From: Kondoa subrosea | Lineage: Eukaryota | Direction of reading: 5' to 3' | Assembly (NCBI GenBank): GCA_039545335.1 | Contig: BCIN01000001.1 | Coordinates: 2,167,129 to 2,231,128, forward strand | DNA length: 64,000 bases | Part shown: positions 1-13,500 of the stretch, one piece after another | Position numbering within the stretch: the stretch's first letter is position 1 | Layout of the letters: each line of letters starts with the position of its first letter | Notes under the pieces: generated by a model | What the model was told of the DNA's origin: nothing | Databases searched by the model: none | The model's input: only the letters and a program-made list of their open reading frames with translations | Program-made: the position numbers and the translations under genes

Positions 1-2073
1 ATATTGACGCATGACGAGGCAAAGAAACTCACCCTGCGATCTCATCCTGCCCGCTAGCGCTTTCTTCTCCTGTCTTTGATCCGATCCGAGGAATGAGTCT
101 TCCGAGTAAAGCTCGCAAAGCCATCGTAAACTGTATACTATTGAATAAAGACAAACGCATGAACAGAGCGCTCACATCACTTGGCTGATAGTCCACCTGT
201 TCAAGTTGATCAATTTCGGAAAGACTTGCAGCCGCTTCGAGGTTGACGGCCAATTCGTGCAGCGTCAGGAGTTTCTTCGCACTCACTCAATCGGATTCAG
301 CTAAAATAGTACGTGGAAGTACCTTCTCTCTAGCCCTCGATTCCAACCAGAGCCTCTCTTCGGCACGCAATTCTTTAGCAGTCGATGCGCGTTGTTTCTC
401 AATCTGCTTCAGCTCGGTCTTTAGCTTCTTCTGCTTGTTGCCAACTCCTGAAGCCGTGCTTTGATTTGTCTTGGGAATAGGCTTAGCTCATTAGGTCAAT
501 CATGATTTCAGCTGACCCACATCGATATGCAGCAACTTGCCAGCGGAAACCGTGAATGCAGTGAGTGTTTTCTTCAGTCGAGTATATTCGGTTTTTGGCA
601 TCTTCGAATTCGAAGTACTACTCACTTGTGGTCAGCACAAATCCAATTCAAGTCAGTTTAATACCGACAGAGTGTCCTCTTCTGCATCATGGAGTAAATC
701 CACCACTAGGCTTTCAAAATCCTCATCATCTTCTTCCAAAACGGAAGCTTTACGTTTGCCTTTGGTCTTCTTCGTGGTAGCGGTAATCTCATCATTCGAA
801 CCGAGGACCTTCTTCTTCGCTGATGCTTTGGATTTGGCTTGTGCCTTCGCCTTGACAGGTGGTTTCTCTTTGACAACTGATCTGATTGAACTTTTAGAAG
901 TACTAGCTGTAGCCTGAGCTTCAAACTGGACATCAGGCTCTTCTTGATCAAGTTGTTCTTCAGTGACTTCAGATATAGGCGATTGCAGCTTCTTCGGTCG
1001 TCCAGGTTTGCGTTTAACAGCTATCTCCTTCTCTTTCGATGTAGCAACGGGTTTTTGTGAGGATGCAGGTTTAGACTTTGACAAAGGATCAGCTGGAAGT
1101 GCTTTCTTTCGCTTGACGACTTTTGGTACGAGAACCGGTTCTTGTGCTTCTTGATCTATTTCTTGGTCCACAATGACATCAAACACACTTTCAATGATTT
1201 TACCCTTGCCTTTGCCCCTCGCGCCGGATTCACTGTTGATGCTGGAATTCTTCGACTTGTTCGCATCGCTCTTCTTGCTGTTAGCAGAGACTCCTTGCTT
1301 TGTTGCAGCTGACGCAGGTATGCTGGATTTAGAGGTATCTGGAAGCGCAACAGCGGCGGAAGCTAGAGCAGGAGCGGTAGAAACAGGTAATTTATCGTTA
1401 GCCTTGCTTTTGGCAGGCGATTTCCTTCTTGCGAACCCTTCTTTTGATTTCTTGTTGGCGGAAGAAACTTTACTGTCCACAAATGGACTTTGACTCGTCT
1501 GAATATCCTCTTCTTCCGCGTCTGCAGAAGCAGGTCTCCGTATTGTACTCTGAGAAGATTTGATAAAGAGCCCTGCTTCACTTGCATCTTTGGAAGCGGA
1601 ACCGTTAGTAGCTTTAGGCTTGAACCGCTTCTTTGGTATGACTGAATCTTCTCCATCCGAACTTTCATGAGCGCGTTTCCTTTCAGGTGAAGGTCGAATA
1701 GTCAGAGTTTGGTTTGTAGCTGTCATCGTAGTTGTAGTAGTTTGTGTAAAGAAAGCCATTTGAGAGGGGAGAGTGAAAGCCGCCTCGCTGAAGAATTGCG
1801 AAAGATGGGTATGTCAGATGATACTCCCGTACAAAGACGAGATTGAGCGTACTCTCTGTTTCCTCGACGACGAGCTTCCTTTTTCTCTTCCCTAGTAAGT
1901 ATTCGACCGGGCGTAGGCACCTTGGGCAATGCTGAGGCAGCTTGCGCGATTTCATTCATGCTTGGGACCTTCAATGGAGACGGCGAAGGGGAGAAGACAG
2001 CAGCATCGCCAGGTTGATCCCCTTCAGGTGTACCCTCTCTCTGCTGTTCGTTCAGCTCTTCCAATCTTGCCAT
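1..2073 (-). CDS. Uncharacterised multi-exon protein: long K/S/E-rich disordered N-terminus with AT-hook, C-terminal coiled coil; 3' end runs off the window
   Basis: ATG at 2073. Intron 1852-1788 (GTACGC..CTGAC..CAG) joins ORF 1723-2073 in frame to ORF 653-1759. AT-hook KRKPGRPKK. Later exons give KLKTELKQIEKQRASTAKELRAEERLW. A further GTGAGT donor lies near position 31. Confidence 0.7.
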
Positions 2074-2233
2074 GATCTCTCAATTCTTGAAGTAAACAAT
2101 CCGCTCCTCACGCTGAATACACGCAGCTCTATCGCGCAGGTTCGTGGTGAGAGTCTTGTGGCAGCCTTCGAGCACGAATCCAGGTGCGTCTGCTTCACGG
2201 TTCTGGTTCAAGTCAAACTTCCATCATCCCTTT

Positions 2234-3581
2234 ATGCAGAATCCAGTACTCGAGAGCGCTCGTTACGTCGCTGCAGTATGTGTGGCTCTTTTGTCGTTAG
2301 GACCAATCTCAAGAATCGCAGCACACATCACTCGTCACACTCTGTCCAAAAGGAATCAGTTCTGCTGCAGAAAGTCTTCTCCCTCATTGCTCCTCTTATG
2401 ATCTTTCGACTTGGCAGACCGAGCCATTGAATCTATCACCCTCTATTCATGGCACTCCTTTCTTCCTGAATTGGATCTTCTTCGTTTCAAGTTTGAATTT
2501 CTCGTTCTGGAGTGAACTCGATCAGAAGCAGCGATTTGGCATACTTTGGAGACAGGGAATAGATGGAAAAGGTAGCCCTGATCTAGTAAGGCATACCGGC
2601 TATGCTTCATTACTGGCCGCTATTGCTAGAGGTAAGTCGGATTGGTTTAGGGAGATTGGGCCAACGCCGTCGAGCAGCTTTGGAAGAAGGCATACCAATT
2701 ACGACACCTGCTTTCTATGCTACTTGCGATGAGAACGTTATCGAGCATGTCTTTCGATCGGATACAGACGAGCAAATTCCTTTGCTAAAGGAACGGATAC
2801 GGATATTGCGCGAAGTCGGATCAATTCTGCAAGAGGTATGGGATATCGCTCGGCGGATACCTATACTGAACGTCTACTAGCGTTTTGATGGGTCTTTTGA
2901 GAATGTGGTTAAGTTAGCGAACGGATCAGCAATGAAGCTCGTGCATCTTCTCGTGGAAAACTTTCCAAACTTCAGAGATGAGAGTACCTTCGAAGGAAGC
3001 AAAGGTGTGCCAGGTGTCATCTCCAGGCAACTTCACTGATTACCGTGGTCTGAAGTTTTCATATGGAAACGAGCTCAAATATGTGTTGCTGAAGCATGGT
3101 ATGTCATCAGTGATGCTCAAGAATACACTTGGAACGCTGATTACTTTGTCAGGGCCGGACTACAAGGGAAGGCGCCGTGTAACTTCCAGGACATCGGATC
3201 CTTGTCCATGTTCGCGGATTACCGAGTGCCCCAAATACTGCAAGAGCTGGGTATGATCCAGTATTCTGAGAAGATCATGTCTCTATTGCATTCCACGGCT
3301 TTGATCCTGAACGGGTCGCCGGAAGAAGGTGAGCCAGCGACACATGCGAGACTAATTCCTGACCTGTTGTTGACGGCGAGGTAATAGTATCGATTCGTGC
3401 TCTGAGTATTCTGGCAGTGGAAGAGCTACGCCTTTGTCTGCAAACACTCATCGAATCGCGTTCACCGGGTCAAGAATCGCCGAATGCAATAATTCTAGAC
3501 TTTCTGTTGTGGACTTTGGCGAAGAAAAGGGAATCATCAAGTGCTCTACCCCATCATCGGACCAGATCCATATATTACTAG
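2234..3581 (+). CDS. QNG1: Queuosine salvage protein / queuosine-5'-phosphate N-glycosylase (DUF2419, C9orf64 family)
   Basis: Spliced motifs MQNPVLESA, LNFSFWSE, GYASLLAAIARALEEGIPITTP, FPNFRDES, WKRAQICVAEAW, MFADYRVPQIL, DFLLW and C-terminal PHHRTRSIYY*. Confidence 0.93.
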
Positions 3582-3628
3582 TCCTATTTCTTGTAAATAT
3601 TGTTAGTGCGATTTCTTGACCTGGTACA

Positions 3629-4201
3629 ATGACTTCACTGTTCAGTCAAATACCTTGCTGGAGGACCATAGCGTCCCTCAGAATCACAGTCAGATCAGCA
3701 AGCATTGCTTCTGATTCTGTGCAGCGGAAGATTGTCCAGCAGATACCACCAACGTCAAGTACTTGTATTCACCAATCACGCCCAGAATTACAGGCTGATG
3801 ATAAACTCGCAGAGGAATATGGGACGCCTTCTGAACTTTTGGCATCACTCAAGCGTGATTTGGAGAAACTGTCAATAGCGAATACCGATTGGAAATCGTT
3901 ATTCAGTTTGAACAGGGAAACGTTGATAGAGAAGGTCCGTCAGAACGATCATTAATGTCTATCTGTGTCCTTTTGCTCAAGTAATGTTGAAGGAACCCAG
4001 CATGGACTGCCAGACACGTCGCTACCTTTTAGAAAGTTTGCAGAAATATCGTCTAGGTCACCATCCAAGCAAGATAGCGAGGGCAAAGCCAAAACCCAAA
4101 AGGATTAGAGGGTTAGTCTACTACAAGCTTTCATCTGGTACTCTGATCTAATACATTGTTACAGACATGGCCCAAAGCGACCGGCTGAAAGCAAGAAATA
4201 G
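3629..4201 (+). CDS. FYV4: Mitochondrial small ribosomal subunit protein mS41 (IGR-motif protein)
   Basis: Basic presequence-like N-terminus; LLASLKRDLEK..DWKSLFSL..RRYLLESLQKYRLG..KPKPKRIRGHGPK after removing three short introns. Confidence 0.7.
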
Positions 4202-4535
4202 CTGCAATTTAATCTCTTTGTTCTCGACGCTCTACCTTTGTCGAGATTGCTGCCTAAAATGCTCTCATACCGTTTCGAAAGATCGTTCTGCTGATGAGCA
4301 CAAGTCAAGTTTTGCTACGCAGGAGACTTGGGTTGCTTGTCAGTTGCTCCAGGATGCTGATGAAGATTGAATGGTACGCAAGCTTCGACAATTTTACTCA
4401 GTGAGAAATTTGGAGTGTCTTGAAGGCCAATATGCATCTTCCTTATGTTCGTGGTCTCAGCGATGTAGGAGGCAAAGAGGGGTTTCACGATTGGCGAAAC
4501 GATAAATTTTCGATACTCATGTGTAGTCCTACAAA

Positions 4536-6058
4536 TTATCGATTATGCACGCTATCGTCAGTTCCGCGCTTCAGGTCTTCAACCACCTTAGCAATTTCGT
4601 CCGACATTTTCAGCATCTCTTGCTCTGCAGGAGAGTGTAAGATAATGCCTCTCTTTACGCATCTACTTTTTAACACATCCAACGGCTCTCGAGCCATCGT
4701 CAACATTTCCGTAACACCCTGAAGCATTTCCAAATCCAGCCGAGTGGAAGCTTTAGCTCCTTGAACTGTCTTTTCATACATCGAAACATCAGGGGCGTAT
4801 GTGAGATACTTTAGATTCTTCATATGCTTGTTAGCTTGCAGGAACTTGGCAATGGTATTTGGTCCTAAATGGTCGGGATGTTCAGTGCCGAATGGATCAG
4901 TCGAATCAAGTCCACGTAGAGTCAGCTGAGTGATACCAGAAGGAAACATAAGCCAAATCGTGGCTGGCAAGGTCTTTGCATTGATCGATAGTTGTCTGAC
5001 CTTGGGACATCTGAGTAGAAGACCGACAAGTCCTTGTAGCTGAAGTTCCTTTGCTCGGTCTATATACTGCATCAGTAATAGCTCAGGGCGGAAGACTCCC
5101 GTTTACCTGGCACATCTAAGCTCAGAGTGGTCAAATTGACAACACTGTTGTTCGAAATATACTTGAGCCAGTCCAAAGCATAACTTGGAATAATCAATCT
5201 CAATTCTTCCAAACGACCGTTGCCGCACAACAATTCCCTTTCCATGACATCTTCAGACCACTGGAATCGTCTCAAATCAAATGATCTAATTTGACTAGCG
5301 ACAAAGGTCTGAGACTTCTGCTTGTGATTTCGATGTTGAGGATGACGGATAGTGAGGGAGTCCATAGCATCGACGATATCAACGGGTTTATGCATGTGCA
5401 ACTTCTCAGTCGTCCATTCCATCAAGCGAAATCTCTCAAGCTGAGGGAAATAAGCTGAAATGTTCTGAAATGGAAGACATAAAGGGGAAAGGATGGCATC
5501 GACCAAAGTAAAAGATTGTGAAGAGATGATCGAAACGCGGCAAATCGGAAAGGCTGAATAATGTCTTCCAACACCTGACCAGCAATAGTGATCTTTTGTA
5601 CATGATTCAAAGCGGCATAAAGAGTCGAAAGAGTCTCCAGCGGTATATTCTCGACTTGACCCTTCTTATTTTCTCGGCAAAAGATGGGTCCAACCATTTT
5701 ATAATGTCTGACAGCACCAACTTCATCGATATTCTTCATCTCGACGGGCAGACAGATGGAGAGCTCAATGCAATGCTTTGCAAGTTTGGCATCACGGGAT
5801 ACTGTGTCGGTGAACAGCTCTAAAGACGACACCGACTTAAGAAAAACGTTCTGATACAACAGTTGTTGCCTGAAATAGTTCCTTGAGAGCACAGCCTGTT
5901 CTAAAGGAAGCCACGAACCCAACAAGTCTAAAATCTTGATCAACATAACAAATACTGTCGCGAAGGTATGGCAGACGATGGCGAGCCTGTCCGAGTTTCG
6001 AAGCATTGTAGACATCGTCCACGATCTTTAGCAGTACGTGATGGGGTAGGGCGACCAT
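4536..6058 (-). CDS. F-box-like / leucine-rich-repeat (RNI-like) protein; contains an unexplained frame change near 5481-5493
   Basis: MVALPHHVLLKIV..ICYVDQDFRLVGQQLLYQNVFL (F-box-like after intron GTTCGT..CAG); LRR-like segments FPQLERFRL, LEELRL, NLTTLSL, CPKVRQLSI. Intron GTAAAC..CTGAT..TAG near 5105-5060. Confidence 0.6.
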
Positions 6059-6453
6059 TGCGGAGTGACTAGTGACTTGACAGGTCCAAACTGTTTGGAA
6101 GCAAGTTCAAGTTTTGCAAATTGTTGTCTTGCCAAGCCTGCATGAGTTCCCTCGTAACGCTGGCCCTTGGCGTCAGCGGCGTCGTACACTCATGCCACCG
6201 AAACGCGAGCAGCAGCAGCAGCAGCAGGAACAAGCAAAGAAAGCGCACGCTAATACCTATCCAACTGCCGGATGAGATTTAGAGATCGCTACCTTTCGAA
6301 ACTTGGCTGTCTTCAGCTATTCAACCGCAATCTGACTCCTGAGGCCACACCCCACATTTTCGAAGCATTAATTTCGCGTGAAGACATGTGAAATCATTTC
6401 ATCAACTACTCTCGATCACCCCGTCTTTTGCTCTCAACCCCCACATCATCAGG

Positions 6454-8674
6454 ATGTCCAAAATGCGCGACATGGTCGATCAACTGCAACTGTTCCAGAT
6501 ACCTAGTGCAATTGAAATCGTTTATATAGTTTCCATCGCTTTTGTTCTGGTAGTAGCTGTGCTGGGATTGCAAGTGTTCTATAACATCTTCATTTATTGG
6601 CCGTATTTGTCGCCAACGGCTTATTTGCCCGGACCTGCTCGCAATAGCTTCCTTGTATGCCAAAACCTTTCCCAATAACACCTTTGGTCACTGACACTCG
6701 ACTTCCTTGACTGGATAGAAAGGCAACGCAGATGAAGTCTTCTCCAATCCTGATGGACCAACGGCTTTCTTCGTCAGGATGCATGAAAAATTTGGTTCGG
6801 TTGCAAGATACGCTTGTGTGCGATATCTCGGATTCAGCGTACAAAAATACTGACGCTCTCCCCAAGTGTTCGCTGGCATGGACAGAATTTCCATCATGGA
6901 TCCTGCCGCATTAACCAAGATTCTGGTCAGCGAGCCATACAATTACCCAAAACCTGTTGGTTCTGCTCTAATGCATCACAACCACAGCTGACTTGTCAAC
7001 GTAGGAGAATACTCGTGTAACTCTTGGTCGAATGGTGGGAGAAGGACTCTTACTGGCTGAAGGAGGTTAGCTGTTTGAACTAAAACTTCTTCATTTCAGA
7101 TTCATGGTCTGCTCTACAGACGATCACAGGAAGCAGAAGAGATTACTTGGATCCGCTTTCAACGGACCAAATTGTAACGCTATGCTTCCGATCTTTCAAG
7201 AGAAAGCGGAGATGTTGAGGTTGAAATTGACGGAAACTGTGGAAAAAACTGGACTGGGTAAATCCGTCGAAGATGTCGCTCAATGGACTTCAAAATGTAC
7301 CATGGATATCATCGGGTCAGTTCTGTTTCTTTGTTTTGCGCTGAACAGTCTGACAACGTGCAGAGCTGCTGGACTTGGAGCCGAATTTCGATCGCTCGAA
7401 GACGGAAATCATCCTTTAGCCAAAGCATTCGCAGATCTATTTGGCGATTCTTTGAGCAGCACCTTGAGCAGAATGATTCTTTTCTTGAGCATGAAGTTTC
7501 CACTACTTGCTCGCTTGCGTACGATCTATATCTTTCTAAGTCTACATGTCTAACTGCATTCGTATAGCAACTGAAACGACGAGGAGAACGAAATTCATCA
7601 GTTATACCGTTCGAACTGAATCGCAGAAGATTTTGGCACTGGCGAAGGAAGCTGCGAAAGCTGGTGATGACTCTGGTCGCGGAAAGGATCTGCTCAGCTT
7701 GTTGGTCAAAGCAAATGTTCATGCAAGTGACGAGAAGCACAAGCTGGACGACGAAGAAGTCTTGGGACAGTCAGTTGCATTGTTGAGCTGTACTGAACTT
7801 GACTTAAATTGGTGATATCAGGATGAGCACCTTCATCTTAGCTGGCTTCGAGACAACCGGTACCGCGCTCGGCTGGGCTTTGTATGAGCTGGCCAGAAAT
7901 CCGCAAATGCAAAGCAAGCTTCGGAATGAAATTCGTCAAGTCAAAGCAGAGCAAGGATTGGATTCAACCCAAAGACTATCGGTTGAGCAGCTGTCGACTT
8001 TGCCATATCTGGACTGTGTTACTGTAAGTATTCAGACAGCCTGGCGAACCTTCGTCTGATGTCTCTTGCAGAAAGAGGTTCTTCGGTTGCGTGGTCCGGT
8101 CAGCTTGACAATCCGAACATGTGCAAATGATGCGGTGTTACCCTTATCAAAACCTCTAACGCTTCGAGATGGTTCGCAAGTGGAGCAACTGACATTGAAG
8201 CAAGGCACCGTAATAATGATTCCCATAGCGTCGATCAATGGTTGGCTTTCGCCTCTTTCTGATTGCAGCATCAATGCTTACAGCTCATTCCACAGTCATG
8301 AAAGACATCTGGGGCCAAGACGCTGAAATCTTCAGACCTGAAAGATGGACGGACGACGTTTCTGACGCGCTGGCTGAAGGAACAAATGGGTTCACTCTTT
8401 GGTCACATTTGTCTTCCTTCCTAGGCGGAAGTAGAGGCTGTATCGGCTACAAATTTGCACTACTGGAATTCAAAGCCATTTTGGCAACGATTATCGAGAC
8501 TTTGGAATTCAAAGAAAGAGATGACAAGCCGTACATCATCAGCAAGTCTTTCATTGTCACTGTGAGCGTTGTTCCGCCTCGCGATACGCAATGCTAATCT
8601 TCCATCAGAAACCATACATTAAGAGCGATCCCACTTACAGTCAGCTGCCTCTGAGCGTGTCAATGGCCAATTAG
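6454..8674 (+). CDS. Cytochrome P450 monooxygenase
   Basis: N-terminal TM anchor and PGP hinge; I-helix FILAGFETT; ExxR (KEVLR); PERW; heme signature FLGGSRGCIG; about 9 introns. Confidence 0.95.
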
Positions 8675-8795
8675 GGGGAAGGAGGGGCAAGGCGGCAGGA
8701 TCCTGAGTATTTTGTAAAATAGCGCCTCCCATCTTGTTCTGTCGCTGCCATTTTAGTGTAGTCATCTATATATCTTTCGCTGTTGACGATGAACG

Positions 8796-10201
8796 ATGCG
8801 ATTGCTATTGCTGCTGGTCAAGATAGCAGGGTAGGCTCGTAATGTTAGTTCGATCACGAATATCTAATGGTCTCTGATACAATATACAGAACACTTGCTT
8901 TCATCAGAGAAGCTCACAAGACTCTGAAGCAACCTTTGACGCGAATACGACGTGCTAAGGTAGCGAGAACTGCTGGAACTTCATCGGCCCTGAAAGTCAA
9001 ACAAAGGCAAAGGGAATTGAAGCAAACTATCAAGGCGTTTATCGTCTGGCTGCTGATCCTGCGATGCGAATTACTAACAACGCCAATATGCTGGATTGTT
9101 CCCTTCTCGGATGAGATTAAACTTTCCTGCTTGTTGTGGTTTCTCATTAGTAGATCTATCGTACGTTGATCTGCCTTCTGCGACTTGTCAAGCTCTGATA
9201 ATCTTTCGTAGATCGCGCCACAGATTTATGCGGCAACAATTGAGCGAGTTCTTCGCCCGTATGAACATACGATTGACTTCACCTTCGACTTCGTCTCTTT
9301 CTTGGCCTCATTGATTCCGACAACTTTCTTCTGGTCCCTTTCTGCTACCGGATTATGGAAAGATGCACCTTCTATCACGCCAGAAGAGGAAACCCAAGCA
9401 TTACCAGTCCGAGCACTCAGAAGCAGGCCTTCTATCGCTCCAAGCTACTTTCCCGGTACAATACCTCTTACACCGGCCTGTCGTCCTTCTTCGTTGTTGG
9501 ATGTCAGACCTACTTCACCTCAGGCCATTCATTTCGGTTCAGATACAATCACTCGAAACCCTCCTCATTGGTCTCAAGCCAAGTCTGCTGCACTTGAATC
9601 TATCTGTCCTTCTTTCCCCTCGCTCGATCATGTGCCCGACATACCCCCTTCCCTGCCAGTCCTAACAGATCCCCTTGAACTGTCCACCCATTCACCCGAA
9701 CCAATGCCCAAACCTGCCACTATAAGCAAGCGTACAGTTTCAATGCAGAAGAAACCTTCTTCTCCTGCTATTGTCAAAGACCCCAAGGCCAAGACTCGAT
9801 CAACAGCGTCAAAGACTTTGACGGCAAGATCGAAAATTTCACCTAAGAAAAGGAAAGCAGTATCAAAAGATCCAGAGTACATAGATGAAGATGAAGGCGA
9901 AGAAGGACTGGACCTAGATGTCGATAAAGCGAAGAACTCAAGAGGAAAGAGGAAAGTTTCGCAAATAGAGGGGGAAACGGAAGTCAAGGACGGCCCAAAG
10001 AAGGCGAAGTTAAAGAAGAGCAGTATCTCTGAAGAGAAAGGAGCAGCAACTACGAGACCAACTAGATTGCCAAGAGCCACAGGCAAAAAGGCTCAACTGT
10101 CTGTTTCGAGCGAGATGAAAATCGGGCCTGGCGTAGCAAAGGGTTCAGCGGTTGCACCTGGATTGAACGCGAGAACGGTGAGAACTCGGACTAGAAGCTA
10201 G
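8796..10201 (+). CDS. HVA22/TB2-DP1 (REEP)-like membrane protein with long basic disordered C-terminus
   Basis: MRLLLLLVKIAG|TLAFIREAHKTLK..TIKAFIVWLLIL..CWIVPFSDEIKLSCLLWFL..IYAATIERVLRPYEHTID resembles the HVA22 pattern; followed by a K/S-rich tail. Confidence 0.5.
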
Positions 10202-10533
10202 ACAAGCTCTTAGTTACGAATGGTTATCTTGACTGCTTACCTCGACGCCCCAATTTCTCTGAGCGGTGCAAGGCTGCCTACGAGTTGCACAACTTTAACC
10301 ACTGAAATTACTACAGACAGCAAGAATCCCTTGAAGATCGGTCTTTCTGTGATATACCCAAATTCCCAGCCTAACGAGTCGTTTGGCTGTGTTTTGTTCA
10401 AACTACCACTGCGCTGGTGCTCGATAGATAGCGCTAGATCACTCAATACAGCACAAGTAGCTGCCTGAAGTGGTCATCTTGAGCTACATAACCTAATTGG
10501 GTCAAGTTACTCGTTGATCAATTAATTTGCAAC

Positions 10534-13500
10534 ATGGCAACTAACGAAGCTGACGTGGTGTGGGCCCTGCATCCCTTCGAAGCAGAAAATCCGTATGTGC
10601 TGCAATGCAAGGACAGTAGTCTTGATAAGCTAAACGCATCTGAATGTCAATAGGGATGAAATCTCATTTGCTGCTGGCGAGCCTATTATTGTGATAGAGC
10701 GAGATGACATGTTTGGAGATGGCTGGTGGCAGGTCAGTAACGTAAAGTCAGTGGCCTCGTCGGAAGCCTGAATCTATCTTGTTGTAACAGGGCCGCAATG
10801 TTTCTGGTCAAACTGGACTGTTTCCTGAATCATATACTACTAAGACGAAAGCTATCAGAGCTCTCGCACCTGCTAGTGGACCAAAAGTCTCAACGGTCTC
10901 TACAATTTCAGAAGGATCAGAGCCTGGAGGAACCATGATGCAATCTACGCTGACTGAAGTCGAGGAAGCTATCCAACAGCAACAGCAAGTCGATCTTCAA
11001 CCGTCTACAACGCGAGAGTCCCATGCTGAGGATCGATCAGATGCTAGATCTATTCGTTCAGTCAGGTCTACGAGATCTAACAGATCTACGCGTTCCAAGA
11101 AGAGTCGAAGAATGGTTCAAGACGATGGGGCGAGCATAGCTTCTCTGGATCACTCTGACGCCGAAGAGCCAGAACGCAATTACCCCAATGCACGTACAGC
11201 TTTAGCTGCCAAAGCTAAGCTTCAACTGGAACAAGCTGCCTTGGCAGCGAAAGAAAGGGAAAGAGACAGACAGCTGGAAGACGAGCGATACAGACAGAAC
11301 AACCTATATACCGATTCTCCACCCATAGAAGGTCTCGAATTGTCGGACGAAAGCGACGCGGACGAAGATCCTTTCAGTCGATCGACCAATTTCGAGAGAA
11401 TGTACAACAATCAGTCTTTGGCTGCAGATTCTCTCGCTGCGCGAACAAATTCCAAGCCTCAGCAATCTTCGTCTTCCTCACCTTTCGCGCGAGATGCGGA
11501 ACGATTTCCTTTACCGAACTCTCCAGCTCCAGATGCGAATTTTGCATCTCAGCAAGCTGCACCTCCAGCTTCTCCTCAACCTGCACGTAGTCACTCGCCC
11601 TCACCATCCCTCAACTCACGGCGATCAAGAAAATCGTTCGACGCTTCTGCACTTCCTCCGGTGCCTCCAGTCCCTGCCGTGATCGAACAATCTACCCAAT
11701 CTCCATCTCGACCGCAAAGCTTTACTGATGGCATCCGACGCTCGTTATCACTATCTCGAAAATCCTCAAGAAACAGCTTAAAAAGTCGAAGAAATTCGGT
11801 CGCGAGCGTCAAACGACCCAGCTCGACTGCTTTGGTCGATCAAACTAACGTAGATGAAGGCCAGACAGTTACTGCAGATGCAGAATCTGCCGAAGCGCAA
11901 CCGCTTGCTAGATCTAATTCCATACCAAGGACCAAATCTGGAACGTTCTCTTCTGCGCTTGTGCCCCAAGCTGATATGGTACCATCTTCTTCTCTGTCTC
12001 AAGAAGAAATCCCTCGCGAGGAATCTCGACCCGCAATTGCTGAATCCTCGTCATCCAATATCAATAGTGCTACATCCCTTCAATCGCCTGCAGAACGCTC
12101 ATTTCCATCTCAAGTACAGCAGATGCCATCACAAATACAACAAGTACAGCCTCAAGCCCAACCCCAGATGCAGCAAGTACAAGCTCAATCACAGCCAGAA
12201 AGAATTCCTCAATCTCTCTCACAAACCATCTATCCTGGAAACGATCCAACTCCTTTGTCTTCCCCGGCTACTGCAGCAACCTACTCTCGACCAGGTAGTC
12301 AAACTGGATATACTCATACTGGATATGGTAATAGCATACGAACACTCGACACTTCCCCCAGAAGCAGTGTCGGAGCCAAAGCATCCGCCGATCCTAGACA
12401 ATGGACTGTTGAGCAGGTCATTGATTGGGGAAGATCGAAAGGATTTGATGCTTTGACTTTGTCAAAGTTTCAAGGTAAGGCCATTGCAAAGAAAGTTGGC
12501 GATAGCTTAGCCTGTGACTTCTGCCTAGAACACGAGATTTCTGGAGACGTGCTGCTTGAGATGGACATCAATACACTCAAAGAGATCGATTTGCCAGCTT
12601 TCGGTCGACGCGTTCATATCAATAACGGGATCAAAGAGCTCAAGCGCCTCATTGAACCTGGCTATACTCCCTCGTCCAATAATACCATGTCCCAATCTCA
12701 AGCCAGCTATATGCAATATCCACGCGATTCGCCTGCTATGTCCGGTTATGAGCCAGATACTCCTCAGTCTCGAAGCGCTTTCTCTCCTTCAGACTCATTT
12801 TCGCCGAACCCGAGTCAGCCAACAACTTCAAGCTTCCCTCCTTCCATTATGGGCGTAGCTTCGTCACAAGCATCAGTGTCGCCTGCACCTTCTTCAGAAG
12901 CGCCTCCTAGGCCCAGCACAGATAGCTCAAAACTACGGGGTCTAGGTCTAGAGAGTACCAATTCTGCTGGTATGCACAGATCGAACACAGATGTAAGTCT
13001 CATGTTGCGATTCTGCTGATTAGTAGCTCACGAGTTTGCCAACGCTTACAGCAAGGACCTGCTCGACCGAAGACCAGCATGTCTGCGAGCGTTATATCTA
13101 GTCACAAGCGGAGCGCGACAGAAGGGACGATGGACTCTTTCATGTCTGCTAATGGCGATGGTCTCGGTAATGTCGACGAGGAAGCTGAATATGGCGATCG
13201 CAATGCTGCAACTGATGTAAGCATTACTTGATTATTGCAGTTGAACGCATCTGATGGAATAACAAGACCGAACTGTTACGGAATGACAGCAGGAAGAAAC
13301 TGGTCCGAAACCAAAGTTCTTCAAACTCGATTGGCTCTAGGCAGCGTACCTCTACCGAGCCCGAAACAGGTAAAACGAGTCCTTGGGGTAGTAGACCATC
13401 CGTCAGCGTGCCGACTAGCCCTGTTGCTCGCAACTCTTTCGCCAAAAAGAGTGGCATGCTCATCAGCCAAACATTACGCAGTCGCAAGGCTCCTCCAACT

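Noticed and set aside
1723..1900. EEKKEARRRGNREYAQSR looked like a bZIP basic region in a separate 116-aa ORF
   Set aside because: The second half lies in a canonical intron (1852-1788); the ORF is exon 1 of the downstream gene and no leucine zipper follows.
6206..6228. Short (AGC)n microsatellite in the F-box/P450 divergent promoter
   Set aside because: About six units; unremarkable.
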